A stretch of 64,000 nt of DNA from Gemmatimonas sp. (GTDB taxonomy: Bacteria; Gemmatimonadota; Gemmatimonadetes; Gemmatimonadales; Gemmatimonadaceae): NCBI GenBank assembly GCA_965279375.1, contig OZ257156.1:462383-526382 (forward strand). Direction: 5' to 3'. A program made the translations under genes and the position numbers. This document shows positions 27,600-34,876 of this stretch, piece after piece (the first letter of the stretch is position 1; each line of letters begins with the position of its first letter). The notes under the pieces are model-generated. The model worked only from the letters and a program-made list of their open reading frames with translations, searched no databases and was not told the origin of the DNA.

Positions 27600-30053
27600 A
27601 TGCGACGCCTACTGACCGCTGTGTCCCTCGCCGTCCCGTCCCTGCTCGGCGCGCAGACCTTCGACTTCTCCATCAAGAATATGATGCGCGGCCCGGAGGT
27701 CTACGGGCGCGAGCCGGCCAACGTGCGCTGGAGCGCTGACGGCAAGTTCGTCTACTTCAACTGGCTGCCGGCCGGTTCGGATTGGCGAGACCAGCTCAAG
27801 CCGTATCGCGTGCGCGCGGTGCCGGGGGCGAAGCCGGAGCTGGTGACCGAGGCGCAGCTCGATTCGGTGGGGCCGCTGCTGGTGCAGGGCGTGCCGTCCC
27901 CCGATCGCACGCGTCGACTCATCGAGTATCGCGGCGACGTGTACCTGATGGATGTGAAGAAGGGCACGCTGCGACATCTCACGGAAACGTTGGCGCAGGA
28001 GTCAAGCGCGCGCTGGTCGCCGGACGGGCAGCGCGTGTTGTTCGTGCGTGACGGGAATGGGTACTCCATCGAGCTCAGCACAGGACTCGAGAAGCAGCTG
28101 ACGGACATCCGCACAGCAGACGCGGGCGCGGCGGCCGCCGCTGCTCCGGCGTTCGGTCGTGGCGGTGGTGGCGGCGCGCAGGGTGGCGGGCGTGGTGCAG
28201 CTGGCGCACCGCCGGTGGGCGGTCGCGGTGCGGCCGGCGGCGCGCAGGGTGGCCGAGGAGGCGACACGCAACGCAGTGCGCTCGAGCGCGATCAGCGGCA
28301 GCTGTTCGAGGTCATTCGTGACAACGCGCGCGCCGATTCCATCCGGCGTGCTGATGCAGCGGCACGCGCCGCTGCGCCGATCAAGAGCGCACTGCTTGGT
28401 GCAGGCGAACGACTGGGCCAGGTGTCGGTGAGTCCGGCCGGCAACGCCGTGATCTTCACGACGACCACTGCCGCTGCAGATGCGCGCGCGGGTATCGTCC
28501 CCAACTACGTCACGGCCAGCGGCTTCACCGAGGACATTCCCAATCGCACCAAGGTGGGCGATGCGCAGAACGTCTCGCGCATTGGCTATCAGTCGTTGCC
28601 CAAGGGCGACGTGAAGTGGCTGCGCACGATCGACTCCGATTCGCTGATCGCCAACTCCAACGTGGTGGCGTGGAACGACGCGGGCACGCAGGCGCTCGTC
28701 GTCGGCTCGAGCCGCAACTTCAAGACGCGGCAGCTCTCCGCGCTGGATGCGGCCACCGGCACGCTGACGGCGCTCGAAGTGCTGAAGGACAGCGCGTGGG
28801 TGGGCGGCCCGTGCGGCTTCGGCTGCGCGGGCTTCTACGACGGCGACAAGCGCGTGTACTGGGTGAGCGAAGCGAGTGGCTACGCACAGCTCTGGTCGGC
28901 GGCAGCGGACGGCACCGACAAGAAGCAGCTGACGTCCGGCAACTTCGAGATCTACGACCTCGCGCTCTCCAACGATCGGCAGTCGTTCCTGTTTCACTCG
29001 AGCGAAGTCTCGCCGTTCGATCGCGACCTGTGGAGCATGAAGATCACTGGCGGCGCGCGCACCAAGCTCACGCCGCAGGTTGGCGGCCATCAGGTGGCGC
29101 TCTCGCCCGACGAGCAGTGGATGGCCGACGTCTATTCTCGCACCAACCGCCCGCCTGAGCTCTATCTCGTCAAGCGTGGTGCGACTTCGATGCCTGAGCC
29201 CGTGACGACATCGCCCACGGCCGAATTCCTCTCGTACAAGTGGCGCGATCCGGAGATCGTGCAGATCCCTGCATCTGACGGTGTGAAGGTGCCAGCGCAC
29301 TTCTACAAGCCCGCCGATTTCGGCGTGCCGTCCAATGGGGCCGCTGTCATCTTCGTGCACGGCGCTGGCTACATGCACAACATCCATCACTACTGGAAGA
29401 GTTCGTACCCGCGCGAGTACATGTTCAACCACTATCTCGCGTCCAAGGGCTACACGGTCATCGACGTGGACTACCGCGGCAGCGCGGGCTACAGCCGCGA
29501 TTGGCGCACGGCGATCTACCGCTTCATGGGCGGTCGTGACCTGCAGGATCAGGTGGACGCCTCCAAGTACCTCACGGCCAACTTCGGCATCGCGCCGGAG
29601 CGCATCGGCATGTACGGAGGCAGCTACGGCGGCTTCATGACGCTGATGGCGCTCTTCACCGAGCCCAAGTACTTCGGCGCCGGCGCCGCGCTGCGTTCGG
29701 TCACCGACTGGGCGCACTACAACCACGGCTACACGGGGCAGATTCTCAACCTGCCGCAGAACGACTCCATCGCGTACCACCGGTCCTCGCCGATTTTCCA
29801 TGCGGAAGGGCTCGAGGATCCGCTGCTGATGCTGCACGGCATGATCGACACGAACGTCAACTTCCAGGACATCGTGCGGCTAACGCAGCGTCTCATCGAG
29901 CTGGGGAAGACCGATTGGGACCTCGCCGTCTTCCCGGTCGAGGATCACTCCTTCACCCGTCCATCGTCGTGGGCTGACGAGTATCGCCGCATCTTCGAGT
30001 TCTTCGAGAAGACGGTCGGCCCCAAGGGATCGAAGGCGAAGTCCGCCCCGTAG
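27600..30053 (+). CDS. S9-family dipeptidyl-peptidase / prolyl-oligopeptidase-type serine peptidase with an N-terminal beta-propeller, secreted
   Basis: ATG at 27600 (MRRLLTAVSLAVPSLLGAQ). Propeller-type repeats (WSADGKFVYF, WSPDGQRVLFVRDGN, LSPDEQWMADV). Catalytic triad contexts GMYGGSYGGFM, LHGMIDTNV, VEDHSF. Contains a Gly/Arg/Ala low-complexity insert at nt 28120-28265. Confidence 0.85.
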   Translation: MRRLLTAVSLAVPSLLGAQTFDFSIKNMMRGPEVYGREPANVRWSADGKFVYFNWLPAGSDWRDQLKPYRVRAVPGAKPELVTEAQLDSVGPLLVQGVPSPDRTRRLIEYRGDVYLMDVKKGTLRHLTETLAQESSARWSPDGQRVLFVRDGNGYSIELSTGLEKQLTDIRTADAGAAAAAAPAFGRGGGGGAQGGGRGAAGAPPVGGRGAAGGAQGGRGGDTQRSALERDQRQLFEVIRDNARADSIRRADAAARAAAPIKSALLGAGERLGQVSVSPAGNAVIFTTTTAAADARAGIVPNYVTASGFTEDIPNRTKVGDAQNVSRIGYQSLPKGDVKWLRTIDSDSLIANSNVVAWNDAGTQALVVGSSRNFKTRQLSALDAATGTLTALEVLKDSAWVGGPCGFGCAGFYDGDKRVYWVSEASGYAQLWSAAADGTDKKQLTSGNFEIYDLALSNDRQSFLFHSSEVSPFDRDLWSMKITGGARTKLTPQVGGHQVALSPDEQWMADVYSRTNRPPELYLVKRGATSMPEPVTTSPTAEFLSYKWRDPEIVQIPASDGVKVPAHFYKPADFGVPSNGAAVIFVHGAGYMHNIHHYWKSSYPREYMFNHYLASKGYTVIDVDYRGSAGYSRDWRTAIYRFMGGRDLQDQVDASKYLTANFGIAPERIGMYGGSYGGFMTLMALFTEPKYFGAGAALRSVTDWAHYNHGYTGQILNLPQNDSIAYHRSSPIFHAEGLEDPLLMLHGMIDTNVNFQDIVRLTQRLIELGKTDWDLAVFPVEDHSFTRPSSWADEYRRIFEFFEKTVGPKGSKAKSAP

Positions 30054-31015
30054 CCGCTCTCGTCGAGAAGGCGCTGCGGATCCTTCGTGTTGAAGATCTC
30101 TCGTAACGCGGCGGTCTTGTCGGTCTGCTTGGCGTAGTACGCCTGCGCGACGCGGTAGCCCATGTAGTAGCCCAGATCCTTCGGGCGCGCGTTCACGTCC
30201 TTGCTCGAGAACCACCCCTCGAACGAGGACGTGAGCATCGCGCCGCGAAATTCCTCCCAGAGCTGCTGTTCGCGTCCGGGCTTGGCGTGCACCCACGCGT
30301 GCAGGTGAGCGTTGATGTTGTCCCCGGTGAGCAACTCGGCGACGAAGTCCGCGCCGCCCTCCCGCAGCGACTGCGCGAGCAGCGTGTTCTGGCCAATGTG
30401 CTGCTGGTAGTGAATGAGCTCGTGCGCCACGATGGCCGGGACCCGACTCACCGGCGCCAGCACCTGCTTGAGCCAATCCGACAGCCCGGCCAGCGCCGCG
30501 TCGCTCGTGCGTCCGTACATCTCGGCGCCGATCAGCAGTCCACTCGGCCCCGTGGTACCGCCCGACGACAGGCGGCCAATCACGAAGTACACGTCGGGGA
30601 AGACCGCGTCCGGATAGAGCTCGTGCAGCTTATCGAAGGCCGCACGGATTCTGGGCTCATCCTGCGCGATCTGTCGCGTGCTCTCGCGCGCCGATTCGTA
30701 GTAGCCCGGCACCTTGTCGATGGTCAGCGCGAAGGTTTTCGCATCGGTCAGCCGCAAGCGGATCCAGTCCTTGAGCCCCGGCGTCGCTGGTTTGAAGTAC
30801 AGCGAGTCCATCGCGCGCGCGGTCCCCAGTTCGGCGCGCGCGTCGAACGCCTGCCAGAAACGATCGATGTCCTCGGTGATGAGCCGAGCGGCGAGGGGAT
30901 CGCGACCGGTCTGCGCAGCGGCTGGCGTGGCGTCGAGGGACGCGATGATCCCAGCGAAAGAGAGCGCGACGAGGAGGCGAGCGGCTGAGCGACGTGCTGA
31001 GCACTGTGCAGTCAT
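29945..31015 (-). CDS. Putative zinc-dependent protease (DUF2268-like, HEXXH), secreted
   Basis: Signal peptide ...DATPAAAQ. IVAHELIHYQQH (HEXXH). The C-terminal LGYYMGYRVAQAYY resembles DUF2268. The last ~36 codons are antisense to the 3' end of the S9 peptidase gene. Confidence 0.55.
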   Translation of the reverse strand: MTAQCSARRSAARLLVALSFAGIIASLDATPAAAQTGRDPLAARLITEDIDRFWQAFDARAELGTARAMDSLYFKPATPGLKDWIRLRLTDAKTFALTIDKVPGYYESARESTRQIAQDEPRIRAAFDKLHELYPDAVFPDVYFVIGRLSSGGTTGPSGLLIGAEMYGRTSDAALAGLSDWLKQVLAPVSRVPAIVAHELIHYQQHIGQNTLLAQSLREGGADFVAELLTGDNINAHLHAWVHAKPGREQQLWEEFRGAMLTSSFEGWFSSKDVNARPKDLGYYMGYRVAQAYYAKQTDKTAALREIFNTKDPQRLLDESGYGADFAFDPLGPTVFSKNSKMRRYSSAHDDGRVKE

Positions 31016-31192
31016 GAACAGTTTGACTGGGGTGCGTTGTTAGAGGGTTTGAACTCGGCAGCGGGTCGCCGCTCCAACAGGTCGGAGTGCAGTTTCTGGT
31101 GGAGGCACATCCAGATGCCGGCAGCATCCGTAGCGAACGAGTAAGCTGCGCCAAAGAACCGGTCGTGTCACCATACCCCCACGAGACATTTC

Positions 31193-32011
31193 ATGAGTCG
31201 ATTACCGATCGCTGTGCTCGCACTCTCGACGCTCGCGCTCGCCGCGCCGCTCGCTGCGCACGACATGTTTTGGCGCCTCACATCGTACTTCGTCGCGCCA
31301 TCCGCACCCGCTGTCCTGCCGGTGCTCAACGGCACGTTCTCGCGCAGTGAGAACTCGATCGCGTGGTCACGGGTGTCGGACCTCAGCGTTCTATCGCCGG
31401 CGGGCAGAGCACCGATGGATAGCGCGCACTGGAAGACAGCGGGCGACACCAGCCTGCTGGAGTACACCACCAGCGCCACTGGCACGTACGTCGTTGGTCT
31501 GTCCACGAAGCCAACAGAGTTCCAGCTCGATGCCAAGGCATTCAACAGCTACCTCGCGGACGACGGCATCCCCGACATTCTCGCGCAACGCCGGAAGGAC
31601 GGGTCCTTGGGCAAGACGGCGCGCGAGCGCTACTCCAAGCACATCAAGGCGATCTTCCAGGTGGGCGCCACGCGAAGCGACGGTTGGAAGTCGGTCCTCG
31701 GCTACCCGGCCGAGCTGGTCCCGCTCGACAACCCGTACACTCTCGCCCCGGGCGCCACGCTGCGACTGCGCTGCCTGGTGGACGGGAAGCCGGTCGCCAA
31801 TCAACTCGTCGTCATCGGCGGTCGCGCTGGTACGACCGGCGACACGCGCCTCCCATCGCGCGAAGTGCGCAGCGACGCCGACGGCATCGCTACCGTGCCG
31901 CTCGCCAAGGCAGGGCGCTGGTACGTCAAGTTCATTCACATGGTGCCGGTCGCTGACGGACGCGTCGACTACGAGTCCAAGTGGGCAACGATCACCTTCG
32001 AGGTACGCTGA
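31193..32011 (+). CDS. DUF4198-family periplasmic protein (NikM-like metal-uptake accessory fold)
   Basis: Signal peptide ending ...APLAAHDMFWRL (the mature N-terminus starts with His, typical of DUF4198). All-beta composition. The family call is of moderate confidence. Confidence 0.55.
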   Translation: MSRLPIAVLALSTLALAAPLAAHDMFWRLTSYFVAPSAPAVLPVLNGTFSRSENSIAWSRVSDLSVLSPAGRAPMDSAHWKTAGDTSLLEYTTSATGTYVVGLSTKPTEFQLDAKAFNSYLADDGIPDILAQRRKDGSLGKTARERYSKHIKAIFQVGATRSDGWKSVLGYPAELVPLDNPYTLAPGATLRLRCLVDGKPVANQLVVIGGRAGTTGDTRLPSREVRSDADGIATVPLAKAGRWYVKFIHMVPVADGRVDYESKWATITFEVR

Positions 32012-32097
32012 AGGCGACGTTGGAACTCCCTTGCAGCTCGACCTGCGAGCCAATCTCTGCCACGCGATTGGGTGGCAGCTGAAAAAGCTGCTGGCGG

Positions 32098-32316
32098 GGC
32101 GCGCATCATGACGGCGAGATACTTGATGCGCACCACCAGCACGAGCGACCACAGAAACAGCGATACCACGCCAAGCGGCTTCGCCCTGTTCGGATCGATG
32201 CCGTAGCCACCGACAAACGCGTCCTGCAGCGCGTGCAGCGGGCTCGTGCCAAGGTGTCCGAAGACCACGCCCATCGCGCCGAGTGCGAGCGCGATGGTGC
32301 CGGAGGTATGCGCGGC
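32098..32316 (-). pseudogene. kup: Remnant of a kup/HAK/KT potassium transporter gene (about 70 N-terminal codons only)
   Basis: The minus-strand frame reads ...HTSGTIALALGAMGVVFGHLGTSPLHALQDAF..GIDPNRAKPLGVVSLFLWSLVLVVRIKYLAVMMRA. This matches the conserved Kup N-terminus (..LGALGVVYGDIGTSPLY...G.LSLIFW.L..VVSIKYL.FVMRADN.GEGG). Similarity stops after MMRA (about nt 32098) and the frame then runs into the DUF4198 gene. No in-frame ATG lies upstream of the conserved block, and a stop lies at 32404-32406. Confidence 0.6.
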
Positions 32317-32395
32317 GGCGGCGGTAGCTCGCGGCGATTTGGAAGAGCGATTGACGGACAGCTGCTGCGGGAGAGTCGTGAAGAGGGGGACCGTC

Positions 32396-33994
32396 CTACC
32401 GCTTCACGATCGCGGCGGCTCGGTCGAGTAGTGCATTCAGCTCCGCACGCGCGAGGTATCGACCGTTCAGCACCACCGCCGCGATGCGCTTGGTATTGGC
32501 GATGTCGTCCAGCGGATTGGCGTCCAGCAGGACCATGTCGGCCAGCTTGCCCACAGCGATGGTCCCCAACTCCGTTTCGCGCTTGAGGAACCGTGCGGGA
32601 TTGATGGTCGCGGTTTGCAACGCGGCCAGCGGTGTGAGACCGCCTTTCACCAGCAGCGACAGCTCGTCGTGCAGGCTGAACCCGAAGAACAGAAACGGGA
32701 ACGTGTTGTCCACGTCCGTACCGGCCAGCAGGAGCGCGCCACCCTTCTGCAGGTCCGCGGGCATGCGCAGCCGATTGGCCACCTCGCGATCGCGCTCGGC
32801 GAACACGGTGTCCGGACCGCGCGGTCCGTACGTGAACTGGCCTTGGAGCACACCCGCGTCCAACGTCATGTCGGTACGCCACTGCATGACTCTGGCGGGC
32901 GATACGTAGCGCAGGCGCGGATCCTTGAACCGATTCGCGAACTCATCGCTTCGCGGATAGTCCGGATTGAAGCGCGTTTCCATTTCGACGAGCGTCGGCA
33001 CGAACCAGGTGCCATTCCGCGCAAACCGTTCGCCCAGTTGCCGACACTTCTCGGGACTGTACGTGTTCACGCCGAGCACGAACGCCGAGTCTTCGGTGGC
33101 GGCATAGCGTTGGTCTTCGCCTTGCGCACGGAGGGTGATGAGATCGCGCAGCTGTCGCCGCATCACATCTTCGGCGGTCGCGCACGACAGGCGATGCCGG
33201 TACGAGTGTTCGATGCTCCGCATGCCCGCGTCCGATGCTTCGGCCGCCGTGATCGCCAGCGGCACGTGCCCCGCGAGCGGTATGTCGAGCCGACGCGCTT
33301 CGTCCGCCGCGGCAAGAAAGACCTCGCGGGATAGGTTCGTGTAGACCTTGATGAAGTCGAGTCCCGCTTGCTTGCGTCGCTGCATCTCGGCGCGCATCGC
33401 CGCCGGACTGTCGATGGCCACGTATGTGCCGCGTGACTTGGGCGACCCGTCGATGATCCTTCCGCTGGCCACAAACCGCGGGCCCAAACTGTCGCCGCGC
33501 TCGACGGCGCGGCGCAGCGCGACAATTTCTTCGACTGGCTTCACGGCCGCCGGATCGCGCACGCCGGTCACCCCGTTGGCCACGTTGAGCAGCGACGACC
33601 ACTCCCACCGGTCCAGCGAATGGCTGTGCATATCCCACAGCCCCGGGATCAGGACCTTGCCACGAGCGTCGATAGTGCGGGCGCCGTGTGGAACGCGCAC
33701 GTTCGGCCCCACAGACGCGATCCGATTGCCCGACACCACGACCGTGTAGTCGCGGGAGAGCTGCCCCGTCTCGACATCCACAATCGACACATGCGTGAGG
33801 GCGAATGGCTGCACCGTTCTTGCGCGACGCGGCGACGCGTTTCGTGTCGAGCCCGGTGCGACCGGCTGCGCTTGCGCGTCGGCGACAATGCCGAGCATCA
33901 ACACGCAACACACTGCACCCTTCACCACACCGAAGAGAGCGTACGCAGTCTGCATGGGATCAAGTGTCGTGATCGTGCCGATGGATGCCGACAC
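32396..33994 (-). CDS. Amidohydrolase-family metallo-hydrolase, secreted
   Basis: LIPGLWDMHSHS (HxH). Later AGHVP, IEHS, and the C-terminal GKLADMVLLDANPLDDI. The start could be 33994 or the ATG at 33955 (MQTAYALFGVV...). Confidence 0.8.
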   Translation of the reverse strand: MSASIGTITTLDPMQTAYALFGVVKGAVCCVLMLGIVADAQAQPVAPGSTRNASPRRARTVQPFALTHVSIVDVETGQLSRDYTVVVSGNRIASVGPNVRVPHGARTIDARGKVLIPGLWDMHSHSLDRWEWSSLLNVANGVTGVRDPAAVKPVEEIVALRRAVERGDSLGPRFVASGRIIDGSPKSRGTYVAIDSPAAMRAEMQRRKQAGLDFIKVYTNLSREVFLAAADEARRLDIPLAGHVPLAITAAEASDAGMRSIEHSYRHRLSCATAEDVMRRQLRDLITLRAQGEDQRYAATEDSAFVLGVNTYSPEKCRQLGERFARNGTWFVPTLVEMETRFNPDYPRSDEFANRFKDPRLRYVSPARVMQWRTDMTLDAGVLQGQFTYGPRGPDTVFAERDREVANRLRMPADLQKGGALLLAGTDVDNTFPFLFFGFSLHDELSLLVKGGLTPLAALQTATINPARFLKRETELGTIAVGKLADMVLLDANPLDDIANTKRIAAVVLNGRYLARAELNALLDRAAAIVKR

Positions 33995-34081
33995 GTGCGG
34001 GCGAAGATTCGATCCGCCCCGGAGGGTCCCGCGAATCTACGCCGGAATTCTCGCGCCGCGGCGCGTCGGCCTTCGGCTCGT

Positions 34082-34098
34082 TTGACCAAATTCGTCAA
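34082..34098 (+). promoter_or_regulatory. Inverted repeat TTGAC-N7-GTCAA upstream of the antitoxin gene (candidate operator / -35 region)
   Basis: ttgaccaaattcgtcaa read directly, about 47-63 nt upstream of the antitoxin ATG. It begins with a TTGACC -35-like hexamer. TA operons are commonly autoregulated through palindromes in their promoters. No convincing -10 was found. Confidence 0.3.
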
Positions 34099-34144
34099 GC
34101 CGACGTTGTTTCGAGCGTCCTCCCCTCTCCCGACCGGAGCCGCC

Positions 34145-34402
34145 ATGCCGACACGCGTCGTTCGCGAAGCCGTCAGCCTCTACGAGGCGAAAACGCACCT
34201 CTCCGCGTTGGTCGATCGCGCCGCGGCGGGCGAGGAGAGCATCCTGATGAAGTCCGGTACGCCGATGGCGATGCTGGTGCCCCTCGACGACACCAAGCGC
34301 AAGCGCGTCGCAGGCCAAGGGCGCGGCCTGTGGCACGTCGCGCCAGACTTCGATGCCCCGTTGCCGGCGGACACCTTGGCCGAGTTCGACAGCGACCAGT
34401 GA
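34145..34402 (+). CDS. Type II antitoxin, Phd/YefM family
   Basis: The ATG at 34145 gives MPTRVVREAVSLYEAKTHLSALVDRAAAGEESILMKSGTPMAMLVPLDD... (85 aa). This is the typical Phd/YefM N-terminal fold, followed by a disordered acidic tail. Its stop overlaps the toxin start (GTGA). Confidence 0.85.
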   Translation: MPTRVVREAVSLYEAKTHLSALVDRAAAGEESILMKSGTPMAMLVPLDDTKRKRVAGQGRGLWHVAPDFDAPLPADTLAEFDSDQ

Positions 34403-34770
34403 GAACGTTGCTGGACACGCACGTGCTCATCTGGTGGGACTCGGGAGCGGAGCTGTCTGCGGAAGCCGCTGAAGCGATCCGGGCAGCCACCGACGTCTAC
34501 GTGAGCGCGGCGTCCGCCTGGGAAGTCGCCATCAAGCGCACACTCGGCAAGCTGTCCGGTACGCGGACAGTGAGTGACGCGGCCATCGCGTCGGGCTTTA
34601 CGGAGGTACCCGTACTCATGCGACACGCCGAGGCGGTGGAACGCCTGCCATCGCATCACCGCGATCCGTTCGATCGGCTGCTGGTCGCTCAAGCGCTCGT
34701 CGAGCGGCTGGTCATCGTCACGCGGAACCCGGAGATCGTGCAATACAACGTGGACGTCGTGCTGGCCTAG
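34399..34770 (+). CDS. vapC: Type II toxin, VapC family (PIN-domain RNase)
   Basis: The GTG at 34399 gives (M)RTLLDTHVLIWW...SAASAWEVAIKRTLGKL...HHRDPFDRLLVAQALVERLVIVTRNPEI. The PIN acidic residues (D6, E in WEVAIK, D in DPFDR) are in the canonical order. Confidence 0.85.
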   Translation: MRTLLDTHVLIWWDSGAELSAEAAEAIRAATDVYVSAASAWEVAIKRTLGKLSGTRTVSDAAIASGFTEVPVLMRHAEAVERLPSHHRDPFDRLLVAQALVERLVIVTRNPEIVQYNVDVVLA

Positions 34771-34876
34771 ACGACGCGCACGAGATTGCCCGGAGGCCGC
34801 CCCGGCCCCAACATAGAACTGTCCACCCGCGTTTCCCTTTCGGTCCGGTGCGCGGTGCCGGCGACAGTCCCCCTCT

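Noticed and set aside
28002-29837. A 611-aa minus-strand ORF antisense to the S9 dipeptidyl peptidase
   Set aside because: The catalytic triad and propeller repeats are on the plus strand. The antisense product has no motifs and an extreme Arg/Ala bias.
32106-32882. A 258-aa minus-strand ORF spanning the kup remnant and the amidohydrolase 3' end
   Set aside because: It is in a different frame from both recognisable products, is Arg/Pro-rich, and has no motifs.
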